From: Chrysomallon squamiferum
Taxonomy: Eukaryota; Animalia; Mollusca
Length of the DNA: 64,000 bases
NCBI GenBank assembly: GCA_012295275.1
Contig: CM022665.1
Span: forward strand, 32,302,001-32,366,000
Direction: 5' to 3'
Shown here one piece after another: positions 29,013-41,105 of this stretch (position 1 is the first letter of the stretch; each line of letters begins with the position of its first letter). The notes beneath the pieces are model-generated. The model was not told the DNA's origin. It saw only the letters and a program-made list of their open reading frames with translations, and ran no database searches. The translations under genes were made by a program, and so were the position numbers.

Positions 29013-29067
<55 letters not shown>

Positions 29068-29278
29068 TGAAATGTTTAAGAATAATATAAGGAGTAATGT
29101 AATAACAAAAATAATAACAATTACAAAAATGGACTTGGAATATATTTATTGTTATGCAAAATACAGTACAGCAATGATATAATAATAATATTTCTACAAA
29201 AGTATTTTAAACTTTGATTTTATTTGTTACTGATGTTGTATTGTTATTTCCAGCTTTGCCAAAATGCGTGATAAATGA

Positions 29279-29308
29279 TCCCTGAGTATATATTTCTCTT
29301 AACTGGTG
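29279..29308 (-). promoter_or_regulatory. Candidate lin-4/miR-125 target site (8mer plus 3' supplementary pairing)
   Basis: Plus strand TCCCTGAG (miR-125 nt 1-8) at 29279-29286, then TAACT (nt 13-17) at 29300-29304 and GTG (nt 19-21) at 29306-29308. Functional only if the lin-28 3' UTR extends about 9.3 kb. Confidence 0.35.
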
Positions 29309-29359
29309 TTTTAAAGCTTGTTCCTTATGGTAATCTCTTGGAATCATTCAGAAATGACA

Positions 29360-29371
29360 GCCGCCATCTTG
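29360..29371. promoter_or_regulatory. YY1/Pho consensus site
   Basis: Exact GCCGCCATCTTG, the extended YY1 motif, in an otherwise AT-rich region. Confidence 0.4.
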
Positions 29372-32300
29372 AAATAGATGGTGTTTGATGGGAAATAGTT
29401 TCCACTAGTCTCGTTTCCTTCAGGAAAAAAGAAATCATTTAAGGGAACGTCTGACAAATAAACCGAAGCTGAAAATGATTAAATTATTCACTTTATTTCT
29501 GATGTTTGAAAGCTTTTCCCCTCAGAAGATTAAACGGGATAAAATAATTACCGTATTTAAAATAAAAGTATAGGACATTAACAAAAATAATTTTTTCTTG
29601 AGTCGCAAATTTAAGATAATGAAAAGTTAAAAATTGAACTGAGCCCCAATTTATTTTCCTCTTTTTATATACTATAGAGTGTGGTTTCTGTGCAGTAAGT
29701 ATGACAAAATAATACTATCTGAAAAAATAAAAAAATAAAAAAATAAAATAAAATAAAATAAAATAAAAGTAAAAATGAAAAACAAAATTAAATAAATAAA
29801 AATAAAAATAAACAAAAAAGAAGAAAAAAATAATAAAATAAATTAAAAATAAATAAATAAATAAGAATGAAGAAATAAATGATCGTTGTTTCAAAGAAAC
29901 TCTTAATGAAAAAATACATGTAGTAATTTTGCATATTACTGTATTGCGAAATGATCTCTTAGATTTTTCAAAAGGAAACGAGAACAAGGTAGAAAAAGAT
30001 TAGACTCAACTTGTCCAAACTTCTAAGTTTGTAATAATAATAATAACATTTTCCAAATTGAGTTCCATGATGCTTTGTAATGACTTCAGTGAAGTTTGTT
30101 TTTCAGATACGCCAAATAATAAAACGAAGAAATGACTTCAATGAAGATTTGTTTTTCAAAATACGCCTTTCACATCGCGATAAATATTTTTCTTTTGCTG
30201 CTCCCACAACTGATTTTCGTGTTGCACGAATAACCGTATAACAATTTTTGTATAAATTACAAAATGAATATAACTTTTAAGTTATTCAACAATTTGTTTT
30301 TATTTTATTTTTACACCTCGACGGGTTGTGTTGAAGTTTTGAACTTCAATTGATAAAGTTCTCAAAAGCTTGAACAGTTGAATCATCATAAAACAATGGC
30401 TGAAACCATCAATGCTACAAGAATTCACCATAAAAATGCAAATAACATCATCTTTACCATAACTGACACGTTAGAGAAAAAGTTCTAATATATATTTTGA
30501 CTTAAATTACCCATCATTCTGGGTGTTTGGTTGTTTTCTTTTAATCATGAAGGCTACTGGTTTTAAGTTATACGTATCCATTTTAAACATTAGACAGTAA
30601 CAGCAAAGTGTCTTGAATTAAAAAATCAGTTACAGTGTATGTTCCTTGTACAGCGTGATTTCATGGTTATAATGATCTAGCTTCAATACTTTTTCATTCA
30701 TTAAAATATATATTTTCCATTTTTATATTTTTTCTAAAACAAAAGAAACAGAAGCTAAATTTGCCAGTTATGTTAACGATGTGTCTAGAACGAGAGAAGA
30801 CGAACAATGAAGCAAAAAAAGTGACGAAATCCTGAAATAAACTACGCACCACATTAAGGGAATTTACAACGGAATACTGAGACAAATAAACACATTATAA
30901 TTGTCATTTAGGTGTCAGTACCGGAAGACGAACATTCTTTTGCTACTAAAGGGGCGGGAGGGAGCAGAAGTATTAAAACGATCTATTAAATACTTTTAGG
31001 ATCTCTTTCTATTTGCTTAATTTTCGGTTATCTACTTTTCTATTTATTTAACCTTCTAATTTTCAATTTACGAGAAATATATCTATAATTTGTTGAATAC
31101 TCAGATGTTCATTATAAAAAGAAAAGAAAAAAGATCTCAGATCGGTTCCTACATATTCAGTATTCTACTGCTCTAATTAATAAAATGTATCTCGGATATG
31201 TTCCTATGTTCTACTTCTCAGTATGTATAGGATATATCTGTTGTACAACTGTCTAAGATATATTTCTGGTTTATTTTACATTCTTATTTATTTTTTGTTT
31301 ATAACGAATATATTCGTACATTGTTTTTATGCTGTAGAATGTTTAAAATCTCTTTATTAAATGATCACAACCATTTTTCAAAATGATAGTATACCGTTTT
31401 ACGGTTGATAAGATAATGCGTTTTAAAAAATGTTTCTGTAATGGCATAGTGAGATAAGGTGAGGTGCCAAAGGTAATAGTGTTTACTAAATGCAAACAAG
31501 TATTATGCACTTAAATCCCTGCATATTAACACGTATTTGTTATAACAATACTTCTCTATTACGTATTTATTGTTTTTATTAATACTGACATATAATGAAA
31601 TGCAAAACTTTGGTTATAGTTCCACGTGAAATATCTCCCTTCCGACCCTTACAACAGAAGGTACTGTCTGCCATAACGTATAACGCTTTCATATCAACGC
31701 TTTACCAATGGTGTGTTGACAAAGTCCGTATTGAACAACGTATTAAAATAAAACAAGAAAAAGTAAAACAATAAAAATATTTCAGTTCAATATCTTAAAG
31801 CTTTATGACAAAGATCTTCAGTTCTAAAAAATATTAAATACAAACATACTGTTTTGAATACATACACTAGTTTTACTACACTCCGATATAGTCAACACCA
31901 AAGTGATTAATTACGCCGTGAACCGGGCTAATATGGACAAATTTCTCCGATGCTGTACAACTTGTTAGTACTTATCGCCTTACAAAAAAACATCTTCTAA
32001 AACGAAAATTTTCAAATTTAGTACAACGAAGTTATTATTCACCCGCTGGAAGTTTTCAAGTTTTCTCACATTTTGGCTGGAAGAGTATTTTTGACTTTGT
32101 TAGGATGTAAAACTGATTAAGTTTAGAGAATCATTTGGCATTTGTTTCAAATTTTCTTCTTGTAATTTTAAAATAAATGTTCATTTATGACCGATATGGT
32201 TTTGTTTTATTCTGATATTACTCATATTGTTATTTAGAAATTCAGAAAGATTTAAGTTGCATTCACATTTGTCAGAAATAAAAAGGTATTACTGATAAAA

Positions 32301-32455
32301 ATTGATAAATTACACTGTCCAAACAACATCTGATCGGTATAAAGATTAAGATTCTTTTCAATGTACTTTAAGAAAGCAGACTTCTAAACCAAATAGTTTA
32401 ACGCTGCTGCAGATTAATAATAATAATAATTAAAAAATAAATTAATAAAAATAAA

Positions 32456-32486
<31 letters not shown>

Positions 32487-33425
32487 AAACATTTAAAATT
32501 AAAAACATCCAAAGGGTGAAGTACAACAACATCATATTTTCTTTTTCTCTTTATGATACTGATAATTAAATGCTTGCAACAAATATTATGTTCAGTTTAA
32601 AATTAAAGCAAAACCAAAATACTCACAGGACATTGAAATACTAAAACATATTAAGAAAAATAACGTCACAGCAATACTGCTTATTGTTTCAGAAATGATT
32701 TTTGGAAAGCTACCTTCTCCCATTCCTTTCAAAACATAGATTAACACTGCATAATAAAGCTGGTGTAATTACTAATATAAATAAATATAGTTAAAGTATA
32801 GGGAATTTTTTCAATGTTAGGTGATCAAATAAACTTAAAGGATGTTTTGTTTGTTGAGATAATGCTGCTTTTATTTGGTAATTTATTTATGTATAAATGA
32901 CATCGGCAATAACTGTTCAATCACTCAGAGTGGTTGCAGGAAACACGAACTGACCGACATGTAAAGGACTTCGTGCTAAATATTTTACCAAGTTCCAGTA
33001 ATCAAAGTTAATCCTCTTATTGGGAAAACATCCTAAAACAGTAATGGGGATAAATTTAAATGATCGGAATCCAATTTAACATCGTTTTCCTTATTGCTAC
33101 CATCTTTCATTAAGATAGTTAAATTGTGTTTAATCACATAACAGTTTTGACAGTTTCAGTAAACTGCGAAACTTTTAACGAAACTTATAATAATGATTCT
33201 TGTTACGATTATTTTTATATAGTTTAAAACTTTTACAACAATTAATCAAATTCGATATATTTATATGCAAAGAGGCTGTTGAACAAAATCCAATATCATT
33301 CAGCTTTCAACCTCTGATTTTTACCAAGTAACACGACGAGAAAAAAAATATGTCCACAACATATGGACGGACGTTTAACCGTAACGTAAACAGCCAACCA
33401 AACAAATATCAGCCCATGAAATAAA

Positions 33426-33637
33426 AATCAGAATCAGCAGAACTCTTAAACCAAGTTTTAATCATAATCTATAGAGTTCTTAACAATGATGTAATCAAAA
33501 TCCACGTAAGTATTACACCATGTTGTAATCAGAATGTACAGAACTCTTAAAATATGTCGTAATTAAAATCCACAGAGCTCCTAACAGTGTTGTAATCAGA
33601 ATTTATAATTTTACCTCATAAACGATGTTGTAATCAT
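33426..33637 (+). repeat. Degenerate minisatellite, about 6 copies of a 33-34 bp unit
   Basis: Units start at about 33426, 33460, 33493, 33527, 33561 and 33594, with consensus near AATCAGAATCCACAGAACTCTTAACAATGTTGT. Confidence 0.8.
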
Positions 33638-35666
33638 CGTTATTTTGACTTCGGTGTAAGAGAAAAAAACAAACAATATGGTATTTATATGGCACTGAGA
33701 TTTTATAACAATGTCATACATTCTCCTATTGTATAAATTTAATTACATTCTTCAAAAAAAGAAAGAAAAAAGAAATGAAGAGGTTGTATTGTTTTCCGTC
33801 CAATGAAAATGCATGTATTATGCAAGAAAATAATGTGTAGTAAAAATATATAATATATATATTGATATTCGACAAATATAGCACTCTTTTTTTTAAATAA
33901 TGATGCAAGCGTTGTTGTGTTCCCTGTGGTGATCTTGACAGTGTAGTTCCGTAAACAATGAATGATGCTAAATTATAATTAAAAAATAAAAATAAAATTA
34001 TGCACATTATTTGACATCTATATCAAAAAAAAAAAAAAAAAAAGATACAGTTTTGTGAAATAGTTGTTTTCTTTCGTTGGAATTACGCGCAGACAAATGA
34101 TATAAATTTGAAAAAAAAAGAAAACAATAGGTAATAAAAAAGTGAAGTTATCAAAAAACGTGTACAGACTCTCTAGTAGAGATAAGCATAAGACACAGCT
34201 ACGTATAGTAGGAAAAATACGATTTACCATATGTCATTCTCAATACACAATGACTAGTTACATATAGGGGCAATTCGAAATTTAATCACATGGGCAAGAA
34301 TGGAAGGCAATATCAATTAAATTTTATTTACTTATTTTTTTAAATTATTTTTTTTTATTTAAAATATTTATTTATATTTTAAGAATTCATTTTTATAAAT
34401 GCCTCCTGTTCTAAATTCCCAACGATAATTTCTAAATCGCCCTGAAGTCCAAAGGACATACATGAGTGGTCAGCCTGAGCAAATTACAACATAAATACAT
34501 TTCAGCTTACTCAGTAAAACGTGACCAACAATTTCTCTTTAATGACATCACCAAGACAATATTACGTCATAGTAAAATAGAATTAAATATTAAAATATGT
34601 TCTGCAAAATTAACCAGTCTTTTTTCTAATTGTCTTAAAAAACAAAATAATTAAAACAGTGTGTGATGTTCAACTTCCCTTTTTATTTTCATGAAATTCA
34701 ACTGATTAAGAGTAGGACTTTACATCATTATTTATTATGGGGTTAAGCATAGATTGGTATTTTAATATTACTTTAGCTGTTTTACTTTTGAAACGGATTA
34801 TCAAAGTCTTATTATTATTATTTGTTTTATACATTTAGAGAAAGTGGAGGAATAAATATAAACAAGCTCTTTGTTCAACATACGGTATATAGATACCGGT
34901 TTATCTTATTTTGAAACATCGTTTGTTTTATTTGAAGTGTTTTGAGAAAGCCATTGAAAAGTACATTAATTTTAACAATTTCCGAAAACATTTTGAATAA
35001 ATATATTTTCCAATTAAATAGTAAATTTACTTATTACTTAAGGAGATAACTGAAATTAGGTTTGGCCACTAAAGAATCAATTTGAATAAAATGAGATTTG
35101 ACAAAATTGTTTCTTACGACATTTTCTTAAAAAGATGACGATAAATTAAATGAATTAATCACACTTCTGATCTACCCCAAAATTAGATAATAAAGATAGA
35201 CAAAATTTATGTATTTCATCTAACTTCACAATTCAAAAAAGTTTATTAATTTTAAATTATTAATTCACAAATGTGATAAACAATTCATAACTCTTCTCAT
35301 TATTTTAATGGGAAAGTCCTCAAAACGAACATCATTTTTGTAATCTTATTTCAATGCACAGCATTTCAGTTTTAAGCTCATCTTTCATTTAACCAGCAAT
35401 ATTTAACAACAAATATAGTATACAGCTTAGCTAACTATTAGATATAAAAACATTAGGCGTAAACTTCATGCTGCTATACGCGTATAATATTAGATTTATG
35501 AAACATAGATATAGCACTAAAAAAACCACAAGTATATCAACAATGTTCTACGACTTGCAACAAAGCATATACACTGTACACTTAATTATACACACAAAAA
35601 ATTTTAGAATTTTTTAGTACATGCTTAAAATTGAAACAAATAACAAATTAAAAGATAATTTTAGAA

Positions 35667-35695
35667 GAGGTAGATTGAGATTATGTTGTATCAGT
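35667..35695 (-). promoter_or_regulatory. let-7 target site (7mer-m8 plus 3' supplementary pairing)
   Basis: Plus strand GAGGTAG (let-7 nt 2-8), an 11-nt spacer, GTTGTAT (nt 12-18), a 1-nt bulge, then AGT (nt 19-21). Confidence 0.6.
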
Positions 35696-36306
35696 GAACT
35701 GATACATAAATGATACAAAAATTCCCAGATATTAGTTGTTTCATGCGTAATATTCCGTCACTCCTACCAAAATCTGTACAAATCCACCGCAGCATTAAAA
35801 ACCACATTCTCTAATATATTTGGATAACTGTTTTTTAACCTTCCCATCTACTGAAAACAAACCAATATTATGATATAATTACACGATAAGTATATTCATA
35901 GGCCTTTATTATACACGGGTGGATTTTAAACTTTACACAATATAACCTTTTGACAACAGATTTTGGTTTTGTTTTAATCTGATATTCACAGACAAGATAA
36001 AAACATACTACTTTCAAATTTTATATATATATATAAATTTGAACGTAGTATATATATATATTTCTTCAGATTTTAAGTTATATATATATATATATATATA
36101 ATTTTAAAAACTGAAGTTAGGAAGTCAAAAATATATATATTAAAATCAACACTCTCGTCTAAATAAAGTTGGTCAAGTTTCAAACTCGTTCTCGCAATCA
36201 CTTACAATCTACCTGATTTGAGTATTACAAAGAAAAAATAATAATTCAATACCCGGTTTTAAGGTATATACATACCGATATGAATTAGTGGAAATATTTA
36301 CGTAAC

Positions 36307-36432
36307 GAGGTATCTGGGTTTCATTTTGGTATAAATAGTCTTTATAGAATTTTCATCTATCTGGTGATGAGGTATGTGGTTGGCTGTCTTGGAGACCGTT
36401 GCGGGGCTACCTGATACCACGTGATGAGGTAG
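36307..36432 (-). promoter_or_regulatory. Cluster of three let-7 seed sites (6mer 36307, 7mer-A1 36368, 8mer 36425)
   Basis: GAGGTA, TGAGGTA and TGAGGTAG on the plus strand at about 60-nt spacing, i.e. UACCUC, UACCUCA and CUACCUCA in the lin-28 mRNA. Confidence 0.7.
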
Positions 36433-37379
36433 ACTTGACTTCCAGCTCAGCAATCTGCACCCAATGACCCAAGCGTCTCGTGCTAAATACATGACCTAAG
36501 AGCTCGCTCACAGTGACCTTGAACTGACTGAAGACCTCTGGTCCAGAATTTGATTTGTTGAACAATGTCTGAAAGTGTCACACCAAACGAAAAACCACAA
36601 AATGTCACAAAATACTACAGCCGGCATAAACAAAAATAATAAAAGCAGTATTTTGACCAGGTGATATTCTGTCTCGCAATCCTCATCGTTTTCAAACATG
36701 TATTAAAACTAGTACGACAAAGGGTGAACAATTTACTATGTGGTTTTTCTTTCAACACGATTGTTTTAGTTTTTTCACAACATACTTATTTCGTCAACAG
36801 TATACCCTACCTTTTAGGCCATACACCATAGAGTTTGTTGGAATTCTACTTACTCATGTATTTTTTTTCTTTTACATTCACAGTACACAAAGTCTTCGTG
36901 TTCAAAAACAAATTCATGTTTATAACCAAATCGCAGTGGAAAGGCATGCTACTCTCGACTGGGTTGACAATGCATAGCTAGTTTATGCAGAAATAATAAA
37001 CAACTGCCACAGTGGAAGATGGAAAATAAAAGAAAGAAATAAAAACATAACGTAAAAAAAAAAATGTAATAAGACTCTATAAAAATTTAATATTTCTCTT
37101 TTTGAACTGTGAAAGAATCAACATGATACAAATTCACAACATAATGTTATCTTCTGTTTGGTTGTATTAACTTCTCATTTTAAGTTTAAATATTCTTATA
37201 ATTTATCTGTAAGTTCAGTTTTGGCGAACCTTTTTGATAGCATTTGTTAAAAACTGATTATATTTTTATGGAATTTTTTTCATGAATGACATAATAAAAT
37301 CTAAGCAGCATAAATCTCTTAATCTTTTTCGAATCATTATCATCATCAATATTACTGGTATTGTTGCTTTTGTTATTGC

Positions 37380-37412
<33 letters not shown>

Positions 37413-37779
37413 ATAAAACCTCTAAGCACAAAAAAACCAAAGTACATTTTAGTCTCACAAATAAACTTATGACTGCGTTTGTCGCATTTATTTACATGAC
37501 ATCTTGGACACGAATACTATAGGTTCGTCAAGTCTGACTTAGTAATTATTGCTTCGACGAAATAAAAAACTTTCTGGCAGTTAAGAGACAATCGAAATCA
37601 GAGTCACTTAATTTTATAATTGTTAATGACTTTTTGAAAAAAAAAAAAATGTTTCTAAAAGGTTTAACTGAAGAGTTTGGAGAGAAGTGCTTGTAAAACA
37701 CTGATGCCTATACCATTCAAGAACCCATACTAACTGAGGCTGTCAGGTGGTTTGTCCTGATTGTACATGCTGAGCCGTG

Positions 37780-37801
37780 TGAGGTAGAAGCGGTATATGT
37801 T
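37780..37801 (-). promoter_or_regulatory. let-7 target site (8mer with extended complementarity)
   Basis: TGAGGTAGAAGCGGTATATGTT versus let-7 TGAGGTAGTAGGTTGTATAGTT; about 810 nt downstream of the lin-28 stop. Confidence 0.8.
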
Positions 37802-38043
37802 AAAACTCCTCGGGCCTTTGTACAACAAATAATGTTGTTTTTTGTTTGTTTGTTTGTTTTGAAGTTGTTGTGTTTTTTTTTTTTTTTTGTTATCATTTTA
37901 AACATTTTAAATTTATAAGCAAATTCTGAAAAGATGAAAAATAAATCTTTCGACATTTCTAACTCTTTTTAAACTCTGATAAAATGTTTTAAAATAATAT
38001 ATAATTAATGCTTCAAATAAACTTATTATCGGATGCTTCATTC

Positions 38044-38074
<31 letters not shown>

Positions 38075-38612
38075 TTCTGATAAATTACAGAAATGATAGG
38101 GATAACGTCATGATTTAAATGTCCAAACATGTCGTAAACTTAAAAATATTCGTCGAATTATTATTACTTTCGTCCTAAAATATTTTTTTTTACTTTTCTG
38201 ATCACAAAAGATCAAGAGAACCTTAAATACACAGTTGGCCTACTCCAAATGATTAACTCTGACTTAAAATTAATCGAATTTGGAGCAATAATTATATGAC
38301 ACCAAAATGAAAATTCTAAAATAAGAACACTGACCATCATCTCTCGATGGACGAGGTCAGTGTAAATATACAACCACGAGGAAACATTAAATCCATCGAA
38401 ACCAAATGTCAGCAGGTTTTGAATGGAAAATTCGACCTGGTCTTAACTTGAGTAACAGGACTTTGTCTGTATGTTGCGTAAAAGACTGTGATGTCACAAG
38501 ACGCATTTAAAAAAAAAAAAAAAAAAAAGTAGAAAAAAAATGCCACTCGTTGGCAACATTATGTTTTGTCTGTAAAGCTATAGGTAAAAATGTCACGTGG
38601 TATCCCTTGGCG

Positions 38613-38859
38613 TCAAACCGATCCTAGTGATGATACTCCAGAGGCGCCGTTGTAGCCGTTGCCGTTGGGGCGTTTGCTATCCCCATTGCGTTTCAGACCT
38701 AAAGAAAAAGATGACTGTTGCTGCTGCTGTTGCTGCTGCTGCTGTGGGCAGTCTGCTACAAGGTGGTCTTCTGAGCGGCAGTTGTAACAGCGTTTTGTGA
38801 GAGGTCCACACGGACACTTGGCAGCGATGTGATTACCAATTTCTCCACAGTTGTAGCAC
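38613..38859 (-). CDS. lin-28: Lin-28, last coding exon: two CCHC zinc knuckles, polyQ and C-terminal tail
   Basis: Acceptor ttttctcag|G (phase 2). Translation (R)CYNCGEIGNHIAAKCPCGPLTKRCYNCRSEDHLVADCPQQQQQQQQQQ...SLGSV*. Length 247 = 1 + 82 codons, in frame with the preceding exon. Confidence 0.97.
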
Positions 38860-40707
38860 CTGAGAAAACAAGAACAGTATTTACTAAAAATATATATTTT
38901 AGTAGCCAAAGCCTTGAACTGAAACCTAAGCTTCTGTATTTTTCTTCAAGACATTCATTAACCCGAGCCGTATTCAATTCACGTCTGTTTCACATTAGTT
39001 TAAAAGAAAGCTTCCTTTTAGTTTTTTAAATGCAAAATAATCTAATGCACGGATACTGATTTGTTTTATTGTTGTTTTGATATTGTTACTGTCTGTTTCT
39101 TTTAAAAAGGGGAATCACAAAGTCGACTGGCTATTTTTTATAAAGACTGTATAGTACTGAAGAATAAGAGTATTAACAAACGTTTAAAGAGACTTTCAAA
39201 AACCTTGACTTAGCTTTCAAATTAATGTTGATTATTTAGCCACTGCAACAAAAACAAAACGTAGGAAAAAAAAAACAAATTAATTATACTAACAACAACA
39301 GCAACAATAACAGAATCAAATAGGATGCTTTTATTACAGAAAAAATATATTGGTGAGCAATATTCCAACTTTAAAGAGGAAGAAGCAAAGAGAATTCAAA
39401 TGCTAATTGAGAGAAGTGACGCTAAACCAATGAAATAACTAAAGCTCTTGCTTGCAAGATGATCTCAAACGAGGAAGACATTAATTCCAAGTGGAATAAT
39501 TGGGAAGCAGCCGCGAGTCACCCCAGAGCTCTAGAAATATCGATCTTACAGCTACAACATAAATCAGCTCCTTTACATAACCTTACGAGAAGAAGAAGAA
39601 GAAGAAGAAGAAGAAGAAGAAGAAGAATGGAAAAAAGAGAAAAATAAAGAAGAAGTAGCTGCTGCTGCTGATGATGATGATGGTGGCGGTTGTGATGGCG
39701 ATGAAGTAAGAAAAGATAGTTGTTTTAAAAAGAGGATGGAATCTTTACTTTAATGTACATTTAAGAATTATTAATAAAATTATATTTGTGATCTGATTAT
39801 GTAATTATATTCAGTGAGCAGAACAAATAGAGATCTGTTTAGATACTTGTTTCCAAAATTTAAAAAGATATGTAAGATCTGAAATAATAAAATGTATTAT
39901 TATTTTTTAATGTCGGGCTTTTTACTGCTCACCAATACGTTTTCCATGTGTTGTGTTCTATTTAATTTTTAGAGTATTTTTATATTATTTCATAAAGAGT
40001 GAAAATAATAAAGACACAAAATGGAAAAGAAAAAAAAAGAGTCTAAATACTAGTGAAATAACGGCGATCAATCGTGACGATTTCTAGAAAATAGTAGTCA
40101 TTTATGTGAAAATCATAGTCATTTTCATTTATGTGAGAATTGAAAGATTAAGACTAATAAATGCCGGATTTCCTGAACATTAGCTTTAAAGATTACTGAT
40201 TTTATTCATATATCAAAAAATCAACCAATTAGACATTTTTAATACGATTGGTGTTTACCAGATAATAATTTTGTTTTCACTGAAGCATTTGTTAATAATA
40301 AAATATGATAATAATATTAAGAATGTAGCAAGAATAATACAACAATAATACGCTTTTCTAAATCATTGATAAAATGTTCTATTTTGTTAATGTATTAAGT
40401 TTATTTTAGATAGAAATCTACTGGATTTTTTTGTTCGTTTGCACAACAAAGAAATTAAAAGAAACAAAAGAACTTTTCCAAGAAACGAATATCAAATATT
40501 TAAAAAAATATATATAAATACATAAACTGAATGAATGAATATAAAATGCTTCAACATTAAAACTATATAAAAATACATGAAAAAATTCAGAATAATGTTT
40601 TTCAAAGTACTTTTCAAAACTGTTATATAAGATAATTAAATGTTGTAAATATATATACATATTTTTAAAACAAACAGCAAAAATAAAATAAAAAGAAAGC
40701 GAAAAAA

Positions 40708-40770
<63 letters not shown>

Positions 40771-40932
40771 GTTTAGCAAGCGAAAAAACAAAAAGAAAAC
40801 AAATGAAATATATTTTTACTTATTTATTTTATATCCTTATTAATTATTACCATATGGAATCAAATGAAATTCTGTATACATTCCTGACTATGTTATTTTT
40901 ATAAAAAAAGTAAACAGATATACTGAAATTAC

Positions 40933-41105
40933 CTAATTTTTCTGAATTTCCTTCTAGACTGGGGTCGACGGTCGCTACCTTTACATTCATCACCGCCCGG
41001 CCCACACACGAAAACCGCCTCCACTCCTTTGTCCGATATTTTACTTTCAAATTCCACAACCTCTGTCTCACCCAGACTTCGAAAACCACCCTTGTGTATC
41101 ACTGT
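40933..41105 (-). CDS. lin-28: Lin-28 exon: C-terminal half of the cold-shock domain and basic linker
   Basis: Acceptor cacag|ACA, donor AG|gtaatt; 173 nt (phase 0 to 2). Translation TVIHKGGFRSLGETEVVEFESKISDKGVEAVFVCGPGGDECKGSDRRPQSRRKFRKI(R), with the Lin28 GFRSL and GPGG..C.GS.RRP motifs. Confidence 0.97.

Larger units (their letters stand above)
35600..38612 (-). other. lin-28: Presumed lin-28 3' UTR (minimum extent; true 3' end unknown)
   Basis: Follows the TGA stop directly and contains strand-appropriate let-7 sites out to 35667. The poly(A) site cannot be chosen among the many AATAAA hexamers. Confidence 0.55.

Noticed and set aside
33426-33637. Regularly spaced approx. 33-bp repeats resembling a CRISPR array
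   Set aside because: Eukaryotic context, contiguous degenerate units without unique spacers, and no cas genes.
37489-37496. Pumilio element UGUAAAUA in the lin-28 3' UTR
   Set aside because: A single AT-rich 8mer is plausible by chance at this base composition; cannot be supported without conservation.
37780-37860. TGAGGTAGAAGCGGTATATGTT as a let-7 gene
   Set aside because: No complementary star arm downstream, and the sequence differs from conserved let-7. Better explained as a target site on the opposite strand.
38559-38615. Stop-codon readthrough of lin-28 (TGA-C, 17 further codons)
   Set aside because: Only the +4 C matches; no CUAG motif or clear downstream stem.
38814-38858. First zinc knuckle has C-x2-C-x5-H-x4-C rather than x4 spacing
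   Set aside because: The same spacing occurs in Drosophila Lin-28 as I recall it (CYNCGEFANHIASEC), so it is not novel.
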